64,000 nt of DNA from an uncultured Alphaproteobacteria bacterium. GTDB lineage: Bacteria > Pseudomonadota > Alphaproteobacteria > UBA6615. A program made the position numbers and the translations under genes. Below the pieces are notes generated by a model. The model was not told the DNA's origin, made no database searches, and saw only the letters and a program-made list of their open reading frames with translations. Below, piece after piece: positions 47,257 to 57,929 of the stretch (the stretch's first letter is position 1; each line of letters opens with the position of its first letter). The stretch lies in contig CALSML010000025.1 of NCBI GenBank assembly GCA_943787445.1, forward strand, positions 1,335 through 65,334, read 5' to 3'.

Positions 47257-49200
47257 ATGTGGAACAAGATCCGCAGTGCCGATCGTGCCGCGCTTGCCTG
47301 GGGCACCGTTGCACTTTCCATCGTTTTCTTTCTGGCGTTCAACACGCTGGTCAACACGGTCTTTACCAGCACGCGGCTGGATTTGACCGAAGATCAACTC
47401 TTCACGTTGTCGGATGGCACCCGCGAGGTGCTGGCCAATCTTGAAGAACCTATCGATCTCCGGTTCTATTACTCTGAGAAGTTTGACGAGATCGGGCCGG
47501 ATATCGCCCGCCACTCCGACCGTGTCCGTGAGTTGTTGGATGAGTATTCCCGGCTGTCCGACGGCAAGGTCCGGATTGAAGTGTTCGATCCGCAGCCGTT
47601 CTCGACAGAAGAGGATCTGGCTGTCAGCGATGGCCTGCAGGGATTGCCCTTCGATCAGTCCGGCGCGCGAGCCTATTTCGGTGTTTCCGGTACCAACTCG
47701 ACCGATGATGTCGACGCTATCGGGTATCTCGCCCCTGAGCGTGGACCGTTTCTCGAACATGACCTGACGCGGTTGATTTCGAACCTGGCTGACCCGGAGA
47801 AACCGGTTGTTGCTGTGCTCACGGATCTGCCGATGCAGGGGACGCAATTCGATCAGTACACGCCCTGGCTGGCGATCGACGGCATGCGTCAGTTTTTCAA
47901 TGTGAAATTCCTCGACAAGGATGCCAAGGAACTGCCCGACGATATCTCCATTCTGATTGTCGCCGGTGCGCACACCATTCAGGACGAACTGCTCTATGAG
48001 ATGGATCAGTTCGTGATGAACGGAGGCAAGGCGCTGATATTCGCTGATCCACTGGCAGAATCGATGGCGCTTTCCGGACCTGCGGCCGGGCAGTTGCCGC
48101 CGCCGGGAGTCGGGCAGGCGGCGATCGAACCCTTGCTCAATGCTTGGGGTGTGACGGTCGAGCGCGGACAATTCGTCGGCAACCTTGATGATGCGATTCG
48201 TGTGGGGTTCCCGAACCCGGAAACGGGGCAACAGGTCGCGGTCGACTATGTGGCCTGGTTGGATCTGCAGGGTGAGCGGTTCTCTCAGGACGACACCATC
48301 ACTGCGCAGTTGCAGCGGATCGTGGTGAGTTCCGCCGGTGCCTTCATGTCGGCAGAAGATGCGGAGACGAAGCTGGAGCCGCTGATTTTCACAACGGCCA
48401 ATTCTGACCTGATGAGCGCGTTCGATATCGCACAGCAGCCCAATCCGATTGCGTTGCGGGACAAGTTTGAATCGACGGATACCGTCTTCAATATTGCAGC
48501 CCGACTGACCGGTAATGTGAAATCAGCATTTCCTGATGGCCCCTCGGACGAGGTCCTCAAGGATATTGAGGATGACGCCCGCAAAGAGGAACTCCGCGCA
48601 GCACACAAGAACGCTTCAGAGAAGCCGGTGAACATCATTCTCGTGGGTGATGTGGACATGCTGGCGGATCAGAACTGGGCGCAGGTGCGTGATGTCGCCG
48701 GGGAACGCGTACCGGTTCCGACGGCCAACAATGCGGATTTCTTCATCAATGCGATCGACAATCTGCGCGGCAATCAGGGCCTGGTTTCCCCCCCCCCCTG
48801 CGTGGTCGTGGACTGGCCATCCGGCCCTTTACGGTGATTGCGGATATGCGTCAGGAAGCGGATGCCAAGTTCCGGGCCAAGGAACAGGAATTGCTCGGTC
48901 GCATCGCTGAAGTGGAACAGACCATCGAGCGCCTGCAGCGCGAGGAGCAGACCACGGGTGTTTTGCTTACCGGCCGAACAGCAGGCGGAAGTCGATAATT
49001 TCCGGATTGAGATGCTCGATAAACGACGGGAGTTGCGCGAAGTGCAGCGTTCCCTGCGTCAGGACGTCGAGACACTGCAGCGCGATGTGCGTCTGATCAA
49101 TATCTGGGCCGTGCCGGTGCTGATTGCCTTGCTGGCGATTATCCTTGCTGTTGTGCGTCGGTTGCGACGCGCTCGTTACCATCGCACCGTGTTGCACTAG
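47257..49200 (+). CDS. GldG-like ABC auxiliary protein, broken by C11 tract (48788-48798) and a +1 near 48971
   Basis: DLTEDQLFTLS.GT, EHDLT, DQFVM.GG, N.DF..NAID.L; continues LRGRGLAIRPFTV...LREVQRSLRQD..LINI..VP in other frames. Confidence 0.82.
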
Positions 49201-49214
49201 AGGAGGATAAGACC

Positions 49215-50270
49215 ATGAGCCCCCGTATTTTTCTGACCTGGTTCGTCGTCACTGTCGTCACTGTTGTGCTGGCGGTTGTGGTTGGTCTTGGTCGCGAGAC
49301 TGCAACCTTCGATCTCGTGAAGCGCGAGCCCGTATTCGAAGATCTTCGTGCCAACCCGGATTCTCCCGCAAAGGTGGAAGTGAAGAGCCGGTTTGGTGAG
49401 TTCACGCTGGAGCGTGGCGCGACAGGTTGGGTATCGCCGGATCGTGCCGGCTATCCAGTTGAGGAATCCGATGTGCGCCGCTTGATCGTCGGACTGGCGG
49501 ATATGCGTTTTGTGGAACGCAAAACCTCCAATCCGCAGCGCTTCAAGCGACTTGAAGTTCAGGAGATTACCGATGAACTTTCGGATTCCGCCTATGTGAA
49601 GGTCTCCGATGCCAGCGGGAAGCCACTGGCCGAAGTGATCATCGGACGGCCCAGCGCACGCTTCTTTGGCGGCAATTCGAGCGGGACGTATATCCGTTTC
49701 CCGGAAACCACGGAGACCTGGCTGGTCACCAGTGTGACGAATGTTCAGACGCGTCTGGTTCCCTGGCTGGACCGGGACATCGTATCGGTGACCGCCAATC
49801 AGGTCGAACGGATCACCATTGGTGACGGTGAGGGCGCCTATGTTCTGGCGCGCGCGAATGCGGAATCGGAGTTCACCATTGATGGTGCCCCCGAGGGCCG
49901 CGTGCTGGATCAGGAGAAGGTTCGTCCTGTGAATCGGGCGTTGGCGGATGTTGAACTGGAGGACGTGAAGCAGCGGAGTGAATTTCCTCTGCCCGATGAT
50001 GCCAAGGTTGCTGAAGTTTTGACGTTTGACGGTTTGTCGGTTCGGGTGCGTCTGGCCAATATCGACAAGAAGAACTGGGCGACGTTCGAGGCGAGCTATG
50101 TTGGCGATACCGCCGACACTTCAGATGCGGCTAAAGCGGCCCGGGAGGTAGCCGAGACGATCAACGCAAGGGTCGGCAACTGGGTTTACTGGTTGCCCAG
50201 CAACCCATTCTTAAATCTCACGCGGCCTGTTGAAGAGGTTCTGACTCCGGAAACACCTGACGCGTCGTGA
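49215..50270 (+). CDS. DUF4340 domain-like exported protein
   Basis: N-terminal TM, YPV, YIR....ETWL, WLDRDI; usual partner of gldG-like genes. Confidence 0.72.
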   Translation: MSPRIFLTWFVVTVVTVVLAVVVGLGRETATFDLVKREPVFEDLRANPDSPAKVEVKSRFGEFTLERGATGWVSPDRAGYPVEESDVRRLIVGLADMRFVERKTSNPQRFKRLEVQEITDELSDSAYVKVSDASGKPLAEVIIGRPSARFFGGNSSGTYIRFPETTETWLVTSVTNVQTRLVPWLDRDIVSVTANQVERITIGDGEGAYVLARANAESEFTIDGAPEGRVLDQEKVRPVNRALADVELEDVKQRSEFPLPDDAKVAEVLTFDGLSVRVRLANIDKKNWATFEASYVGDTADTSDAAKAAREVAETINARVGNWVYWLPSNPFLNLTRPVEEVLTPETPDAS

Positions 50271-50300
50271 ATCTGGAGAGCGTGAATTTGAATATCAGAT

Positions 50301-50327
50301 ACAGCCCGAAACATTGTTTCGGGCTGT
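50301..50327. terminator. Perfect 13-bp inverted repeat (terminator or operator)
   Basis: ACAGCCCGAAACA-T-TGTTTCGGGCTGT. Confidence 0.5.
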
Positions 50328-50344
50328 GTTCGTAAGGGGGAAGC

Positions 50345-51136
50345 ATGGATCTGGGATTGAAGAACAAGCGTGCTCTGGTGCTTGGGGCGAGCAAGGGCAT
50401 TGGACGGGGAATTGCCGAGGAACTTGCTGCCGAAGGTACGCGCGTTATTGTGGCCAGTCGTGACGGCGCGGCGTGTGCCCAGGTGGCAGCGGACATTGCA
50501 TCGTCATCGGGAAGTGAAGTTCTTGGGACAGCCTGCGATATGGCAGATCTCGATGCGGTTGATCGCGTTGCGGACTTCGCGCAGGAGGCCTTTGGCGGGG
50601 TCGATATACTGGTCAACAACACTGGTGGGCCTCCGTTTGGAAGGGTGAGCGAAATCGATTCAGAGACATGGCGGCAGTATTTTGAATCGATGTTCATATC
50701 GGTCACCCGTCTGACCGGACATATTCTGCCGGGCATGCGCGCCCAGGGCTGGGGGCGTGTGTTGCTGGTGACGTCCACGGGGGTGATCGAGCCCATTCCG
50801 CATCTGGGGATTTCCAATGCGCTGCGTATTGCCCTGACCAACTGGGCGAAAACCATCTCGTTGGAGCTGGCACCCGATGGCGTGACGATCAATGCGCTGA
50901 TGCCCGGACGCATTGATACCGATCGCATTCGTCAGTTCTATGAAGTTGCGGCGGAGCAGCAGGGAAAGGATATCGAAGACGTCAAAGCCGAGGTGGCGTC
51001 GGGCATCCCCATGGGACGGGTCGGACGTGTGGATGAGTTCGCAGCACTGGCGGCTTTTCTTGCCAGTGAACGGGCCTCATACATCACGGGAACGGCCACG
51101 GCGATTGATGGTGGTGTGACGAAACGCGGCACGTAA
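50345..51136 (+). CDS. SDR family oxidoreductase (atypical active site)
   Basis: MDLGL, GASKGIG, NNTGGPP, SNALR, PGRIDTDR. Confidence 0.9.
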   Translation: MDLGLKNKRALVLGASKGIGRGIAEELAAEGTRVIVASRDGAACAQVAADIASSSGSEVLGTACDMADLDAVDRVADFAQEAFGGVDILVNNTGGPPFGRVSEIDSETWRQYFESMFISVTRLTGHILPGMRAQGWGRVLLVTSTGVIEPIPHLGISNALRIALTNWAKTISLELAPDGVTINALMPGRIDTDRIRQFYEVAAEQQGKDIEDVKAEVASGIPMGRVGRVDEFAALAAFLASERASYITGTATAIDGGVTKRGT

Positions 51137-51242
51137 GTATCGGAATTTAAACGTTTTGATTATAATCATACCATTATTGCTTTCTGAGCACGGTGCATCT
51201 TAACGTGCCGCCAAATCAGTAGATTGTCCGATGGAGTTACGC

Positions 51243-52054
51243 ATGGCCCGCAAGCCGAAAAAGGATAAAGCAGCCGAGACACCCGCAGCCGAAGAAACCG
51301 CCGCGCAATCGTCACGTTTTCCGCTGTTTTACACCGCACCACGGCCGCTTGAAGCTTCCCGCCATGCGAAGACGTCTCTGGCAGAGAACCTGGATGGCGG
51401 GTTTTCCGAGAGCGCGAATGCGATTCCCCTGAATATTGTGGAGTTCGCCGTTGCGGCGCGCCATTAACCGATTGTGTTCTCGAACACCGCACCGTTTCTG
51501 CCGGTCATTATCACTGGCCTGCGTTCCGGGACGAATGCTTTCATCGATGCAGAGGGAAAACGTTGGGCCCGCGGGTGCTATGTGCCCGCTTATGTGCGCC
51601 GGTATCCCTTTATCCTGATGGAGAACTTTGAGCAGAAGCAGTCATTCTCTGTGCCGATGAGGATTCCGGTTTCCTGACCGAGGATGGCGAGCGTCGATTA
51701 TTCGAGGATGATGGCGATCCGTCCGAAGTGACCAATCAGGCGCTGGAATTCTGCCGCGCCTATCACGCCCAGTATGAGGCGACCCAGCGGTTTGTGGCCG
51801 AGCTCAACGAACGTGATCTTCTGGCCGACAATTCAACGGAAATCCGCCTGACAGATGATCGCAAGATCCAGATGCAGGGCTACAAGGTCATTGACCGGGA
51901 GAAATTTGAAAAGCTCCCCGATAACGTGTTCCTGGATTGGCGTGCGAAGAACTGGCTGCCCATTGCCTATGCACACATGACATCCCTGTCTAACTGGCCA
52001 GCCGTTCTGCAGCGTGCGGCAGACCGCGCCGCCGAAGTACAGGGTGCCGCCTAA
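51243..52054 (+). pseudogene. SapC family protein with in-frame TAA (51465-51467) and frameshift near 51642
   Basis: PLFY..P.PL...H, IPL...EF..AARH*PIVF, YVPAYVRRYPFIL, VIDREK, AYAH..SL.NW. Confidence 0.8.
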
Positions 52055-53735
52055 GGCGTTACCTTCGCGTCCGTCATCTCCATCAGGCCCTTTGCGTCCT
52101 CCATGACGATGATCTGCATGGCTTCCTTGCGCCCGCGCACCTCGATTTCCTCGTGTCGCAGAGAGCTGGAATCCAGCCCGCCGAGTTCGGCCACATGCTC
52201 GGAGAAGATCAGCTGTGCGCCGAAATCCTTGGTCTTGGCTTCGAGCCGGCTGGATGTGTTGACCGTATCCCCGATGGCGGTCACCGAGATCGCGTGGCTG
52301 TAGCCCATTTCACCCACGATTGCGGCGCCCGCGTGAATACCAATGCCAATGCGTAAAGGCGCAGGCAGGTCGTCCTTGAGGAGCGCGTTGAGCTCGTCGA
52401 GCTTCACAGCCATTCTCTGAGCTGCCTTGAGGGCGGATATCGCACCGTCGCGAGGATTCCCGTCGACGCCGAACAGCGCCATGATGCCGTCGCCGATGAA
52501 CTTGTCGACCCGGCCGCCAGCCTGTTCAATGGCTTCGCCCATAGAGCGGAAATACCGGTTGAGAACAAACACCACGTCATAGGGAAGTTTCTGCTCGGAA
52601 AAGCTGGTGAATCCCCTGATATCGGCAAACAGAATGGAAATTTCCTGTTCCTGACCCTGCATGGCAGCAGATTTTGCAAAACCGTCACGCGGGCTGGCAT
52701 TGGGCGGCAGCATGGGCGTGACCGAAAGATCCTCTGTGGGGCGTGTCTGACAGGCCAGCCGCACATCCGGAGCTGCGCCGACCCGGCGCAATACTTTTTC
52801 GCTCCGAATCATCCGGGTCCGGGAGGTTGTCGATGCGGGCCGTTGACCCGAACGCGGCATGTGGAACACCGGCCACGGCCACCACAAACAGCGGCATGGG
52901 GAATGTCGTTGAGCTGACTGGCTTCGAGAATGGTCATGCCCGGCGGGACCGAGACGATCCGGCCTTCGGGATAGGTGATCCGCACCACGCCTTCCCGGCT
53001 TTCCAGGTAAAGACGTAACGCACGTGCGAGCAGGGTCAGCGCGATGGCCGCGGCCCATACCCATGAATATCCAGCTTTCGAGCTGGTAGAGATAGGCAAT
53101 CTGCGGCAGCTTCCGGCGCCGTTGTTGTCGATGGCGAGATCAAGCCGAAACCCGGGGTCTTCAGCCGCCAGTCGTTCCACAGCGCGACCGGCAAAGACAA
53201 AGCCCAGCAACCCGAGTACCGGGACGAGCAGCGCCACGCCATAGAGCCAGGGCAGAATGCGCATGAACCATGGCTTGAGACGCAGCCAGTAGTAGAGACC
53301 GATACAGGCATGTACCCACAAGATAATCGTTGCCGCAGCTTGTTGCAGGCCGCCCATCGGGTTGTCGACCCAGAGTGCAAGAAGCACATAGGCGTAGGTA
53401 TCTTCGGTGCCGTAGAGCTGCATTGCGGCGCGGGTGCCAAGAACATGGCTGACCAGCAGAATGGGGGCCGCAAAACCCAAAATCAGCTGCAAGGCTTCGC
53501 CGATCGACATTTTCAGTCGGCGGCGCGAATACACGGCATAAAGCGCGAACGCGGCATGGGTCATCAGGGAGCCGACAAAAAGCGTCGTTCCAACGGGATT
53601 GCGCCAGAGGAGCAGGAAATACTCGCCGCCCGGCCTCCATGGCTTCCAGCGAGATCAGCCCCAGCGCATGATTCGCGAGATGGATGATGACGAATGCAAA
53701 CAGAATAAGCCCGCTACCGAGCCGAAGACCTCGCT
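52051..53735 (-). CDS. Class III adenylate cyclase with membrane (heme-b type) and 2Fe-2S domains, CyaC-like; several frameshifts, start unclear
   Basis: LRLGSGLILF..IHLANHALG, THAA, SHV, WVHACIG, CGGRGRCSTCRV, RLACQ, FADIRGF, DKFIGDG, AIGDTVN.SSRLE. Confidence 0.85.
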
Positions 53736-53959
53736 TTCGTTACGGGAATTCCCCGCTTTCTGGGGTTTTTTCTCGAAACAGAGGACTTTGTAGGGTCGGA
53801 TGCTGACACGATGTTGAATGGATTCCATTTGTCCTCTATCTATAGCGAAAGGGTAGCATGCGCCAAAGATGCCGAAACTTCTTTAAGGGGGGTCGCGTCT
53901 GGACAAAAGTGAACAGGGGCTGTGCGGGGGCCCCGGCCAATGGCCGCGAGAACTCATCT

Positions 53960-54442
53960 ATGGGTGCACGTATCGCGTCTGCAATTGTCGCTTCATTCTT
54001 GGTATTCGGGGCTGGCGGGGCATTTGCCGCCGGAACCTCCACCACCACCGAACTGACCTCTCAAGAGGTCCGTGCTCAGCTGGCCAGTGCCGAAGAGTTG
54101 ATCCGCAAGAAAAGTTACAGCGATGCGATAAGCGTCCTGAACGGGATTGTGGAAACCAATCCACGCGAGGCAGATGCCTACAATCTGCTGGGCTACAGCT
54201 ATCGCAAATCAAAGGCCTTCAACCGCGCTGAATCCAACTATAAGCGCGCGCTGCGGTTGAACCCGGATCACAAGGGAGCGCTGGAATATGTCGGCGAACT
54301 TTATCTGGAGACGGACCGTCGTCCGAAAGCTGAAGAGATGCTCGCGAAGCTGGAGAAACTTTGCCCCAGCGGATGCGAAGAGCTCGACGATCTGCGCAAG
54401 GCCATAGCCTCAGGCGGCCAGACAAGTAAGGCCAACTGGTAG
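53960..54442 (+). CDS. Exported tetratricopeptide repeat protein
   Basis: Signal peptide, ADAYNLLGYSYRK, P.HKGALEYVGELYL, C..GCEE. Confidence 0.85.
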   Translation: MGARIASAIVASFLVFGAGGAFAAGTSTTTELTSQEVRAQLASAEELIRKKSYSDAISVLNGIVETNPREADAYNLLGYSYRKSKAFNRAESNYKRALRLNPDHKGALEYVGELYLETDRRPKAEEMLAKLEKLCPSGCEELDDLRKAIASGGQTSKANW

Positions 54443-54596
54443 ATCGAACCCTCGGTTCATCACGAATACAGGCCCCGCCGCGTTGCATGGCACGGCTGGG
54501 TTTTCGTCCCGGTCGCTTGAAATTATCTCAAAGGCCGATTGATTGGACTGTTCATTTGTCGATCCTCACGCCATCTCTGTTTGAGAGAGGATGACG

Positions 54597-54849
54597 ATGA
54601 TCAGATCGATGAAAATCGCAGCCGTCGGATTGCAGGCCAGCGCACGAAAATTCGATACGGCTGCAACGGAGGTGGTCACCGCTGGTGTGGCGACGAAGCG
54701 GGTCGATACCGTGGCACCACGCCGTGACACCGATCCGCCGAATGCATTTTTTGACATGATGCGTGCCGAGCAAGGCTACAAAGCCAATCTTGCGGTTCTT
54801 GTGACGGGCGCAGGAAATGAGCTCTGCGCTCCTCGATGATGAGGACTAA
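54597..54849 (+). CDS. Small flagellar basal-body rod N/C-terminal domain protein; frameshift near 3' end
   Basis: IAAVGLQAS....A N-terminus; DMM.AEQGYKANLAVL.T, then shifted AQEM..ALLD. Confidence 0.6.
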
Positions 54850-55252
54850 CGGCGGCCTTCGGTGTAGACATGCCGAATGCGGGGTTCGGCATCCGCAATT
54901 TCTTCTGGCGACATCTGTTTTTTAAGGCTGGACAGAACCTTGGTCGCTTCCGGTCTGCCGGCGCGGCTGGCGATGGTCATCCATTTATAGGCTTCCATCT
55001 TGTTGTGGGGTACACCCTCTCCAAGCCCGTACATGCGCGCAATGTTGCACTGAGCGGCAGAATTGCCGTGTCGGGCGGTTTCCTCCCAGCAGCGCAGGGC
55101 CTGGCCGTAGTTGCGCTGGCGGTAGAACTCCACACCCTCAGCACGGTACATTCGGTTTTCGACCGTGACTGGGCCTCGGCGCGATCAGTCCCAGGCGGGA
55201 CAATGCCCAGTGTGACAAGCATGGCAAATGCCAGAACGATCAAAAACTTCAT
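54846..55252 (-). CDS. Exported Sel1-repeat protein (frameshift near 55150)
   Basis: Signal peptide MKFLIVLAF..; A..G...AQ.NIA.MY..GEGV......AYKW. Confidence 0.75.
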
Positions 55253-56886
55253 TTGCCAATCCCCATGCCCCGATGCCGCAAGCCGGGCGAGTGCTTCGGG
55301 CGAATCCACATCCACAACGACCGCATCGTCTTCGATCGGAACCTCGATCACGAGGTCTGTATTTTCGCCAATCAGGTGCTTGGCACCGACATCGCCGCCA
55401 AGCGCCGTCATGTCATCGAAGAACCGACGGTCCCAGAGTACAGGGATTACCGCGTTTTCCATTCCAGGTGGGAACACAAATGACATGCCCTTCATCCGGG
55501 TCGTGGGCCTGCATAATCCGGGTGATATGCGCCGGCATAATGCGCGGCATGTCGCCTAGGGCGACAATCGCCCCGTCGCAACTCACGGGTACTGCGCTGA
55601 TACCGGTGCGCAGCGATGTGCTCAGGCCCTGTTCGAAATCCGGGTTGTGGGCATAGGTGACATCTGCACCCAGCGCGTCACGCACCTCGTCCGCGGCGTG
55701 GCCGGTGACGACGATGACCGGATCGGCACCGGCGGCCTGGGCCGCCTCGATCGCATGGCGGGCCATGGGTTTGCCATCGACCGCGATCAGCAGTTTGTTG
55801 ATGTCTCCCATGCGACGTGACTGGCCGCCGGCCAGAATGACGGCGGCATAGCGGGGCGCCGACTGGCTGTCGCGCTCACGCCGCGGGGCTGCTGTGGTGC
55901 GGGGCAACGGACGCGAGGGGATTTCCTTCATCAGGCCGCCCACACCCATGCTCATGATATCGGCGCTTGAAACGGGAATATCTGCCATGATGCGTTCGAG
56001 GATCAGATCGTTGCCACCTGGCCGTGGTGAGCGCGCTGAACCCGGGAGCGCCAGAATGGGTACATCGCCGATATGGGCGACGACGAGGAGGTTCCCCGGA
56101 TCCACCGGCATCCCGAAATGATCGATCTTTCCACCGGCGTTTTCGATGGCCACCGGGATTTCGTCGAGCCGGTCCACGGTTGCCGAAGCTCCAACCACAA
56201 GAATGATCTCGGCGCCGTCATTCCGCGCCTGATCGAGGCAGGTGGTAATGCCCGCCATGTCATGGGAAACAATCCGGCTGCTGGTCAGGGTTGAGCCCAT
56301 GGACTCAACCCGGTTGCGAATGACCTCAATGGTCTTGTCGCTGACACTTGGTTTCAGACCGGGCAGGGAGGTCTGGACCAGGGCCACATTCCGGGATCGA
56401 TAGGGACGAACGGCGATGACGTCCTGTGCGGCGGCTTCGGCACGCTGCAGACTGGCTTCGGTGACTGCAAAGGGAATAATTTTGACGGTGGCGACGACCT
56501 GATCGGTTTCGACCCGGTCCAGCGGCCGGAGGGTGGCGATGGTGATGCCCTCGTCGATCCCATTGATGCGATTGACGGCATCGGCGTCGATCTGGATCAG
56601 CCCGTTGGCTGCGGCGAAGATATTGACCCGGCCCGTGCCTTCGATACCCGCCCGAACGCCCGAACCTGTGGACGCATCGGCAAGACGCCGGGGCAGCTGT
56701 GTTCTCGTCGACGTCATCAGGTTCAAACTGCGCGACGGTGACTTCCTCGATTCCCGCCTGTGACAGCTGATCCAGATCGTTCTGGCTGAGCACCTGACCT
56801 TTTCGAAAACGTTGTCCTGCGATGGTCTGGCCATGTACCAGCATCGTGCCGAGTGCGTCAGATACGGGAAGCGGCCCGAACTTCAT
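55249..56886 (-). CDS. Molybdopterin-binding domain / MocA-like nucleotidyltransferase fusion; multiple frameshifts
   Basis: MKFG, GRVN, ATVKIIPF, GMPVDPGNLL, MGVGGL, LAGG.SRRMG..NKLL, LGDMP, GNP, GDVGA, DVD. Confidence 0.85.
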
Positions 56887-57575
56887 TCGGCCCGCAGGAC
56901 TTGGGTGATCTGCGCCATGATCGAGATGGCGATCTCGGCCGGGCTCTTTGCATTGATGGAGAGGCCAACCGGTGCATGAATGCGCGCAATTTCTTCTTCG
57001 GTGTAGCCGTCCTCGGTCAACCGTTCGACGCGGCGTCCATGGGTCTTACGGCTTCCCAGAGAGCCGATATAGAAGGCCTCCGATCGCAGGGCGACATGTA
57101 GTGCCGGATCGTCGAGCTTTGGATCATGGGTCAGGGTGACCACGGCTGTACGGTTGTCGATTCGGAGCGTTTCGAGGGCTTCATCCGGCCAGTCCTCGCT
57201 CAGGGTTACCCCCGGGAAGCGGTCCCGGGTCGCGAAGGCCCCGCGCGGGTCGACGATGACAACCTCATAGCCCGAGGTCTGCGCCAGCGTCATCAGGGGC
57301 TGGGCGATGTGAACGGCACCCACAATGATCATCCGTTTGGGCGGATTGAAGACCTGTACAAACAGTGGCGTGCCGTAGGCATCGGCGCGACCGCTCTTGT
57401 CGTCGCGCAGTGCGGTGCGGGCGGAGGCAACAATCGCCTCATCGAGATCTAAGCTGCCTTCAACGGCATCTCGGTAGACCAGCGACTGCGCGCCGGATTC
57501 AAGGTTGGACACAAGGGCAACCGGTCGCTTGGCTTCGCGGGCGGCAAGGAGGCTTTTGAGGGTATCCGGGCGCAT
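56883..57575 (-). CDS. XdhC/CoxI family maturation protein, C-terminal part
   Basis: GAVHIAQ, DPR.AFA...RFP, THDPKLDD, YIGSLGSRKT, PVGL.I, PAEIA. Confidence 0.9.
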   Translation of the reverse strand: MRPDTLKSLLAAREAKRPVALVSNLESGAQSLVYRDAVEGSLDLDEAIVASARTALRDDKSGRADAYGTPLFVQVFNPPKRMIIVGAVHIAQPLMTLAQTSGYEVVIVDPRGAFATRDRFPGVTLSEDWPDEALETLRIDNRTAVVTLTHDPKLDDPALHVALRSEAFYIGSLGSRKTHGRRVERLTEDGYTEEEIARIHAPVGLSINAKSPAEIAISIMAQITQVLRAE

Positions 57576-57581
57576 GGCGGC

Positions 57582-57929
57582 TCAGTCGACCCTCTCGACC
57601 CAGACTTCGACCTTGCCGCCGCAGGCCAGACCGACTTCCCAGGCCATTTCGTCGGAAACCCCGAAAGCGAGCAGACGCGGTTTGCCATCCTGCATCACTT
57701 CGCGTGCTTCATGGACCACGGCACCTTCGATACAGCCGCCGGAGACGGAGCCAACCATGTTGCCGTCCTCATCCGCGGCCAGCTGACTGCCCGTGGGGCG
57801 CGGGGAGGAGCCCCAGGTGCTGACGACGGTGGCAATGGCCACGCCCTTGCCGGCGGCGCGCCAGGCTGCGGCCTTCTCGACCACATCGTCGTGGTCGAGG
57901 GCCTGTAGATCAATCGCGGATTTGCTCAT
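57582..57929 (-). CDS. XdhC/CoxF family N-terminal domain protein
   Basis: ATVVSTWGSSPRP.G, GSVSGGCIE, VGLACGG. Confidence 0.9.
   Translation of the reverse strand: MSKSAIDLQALDHDDVVEKAAAWRAAGKGVAIATVVSTWGSSPRPTGSQLAADEDGNMVGSVSGGCIEGAVVHEAREVMQDGKPRLLAFGVSDEMAWEVGLACGGKVEVWVERVD

Noticed and set aside
54977-55495. Apparent fusion of the MocA C-terminus to the Sel1 signal peptide
   Set aside because: Explained by a single extra G near 55268; removing it gives a normal ATGA stop/start overlap.
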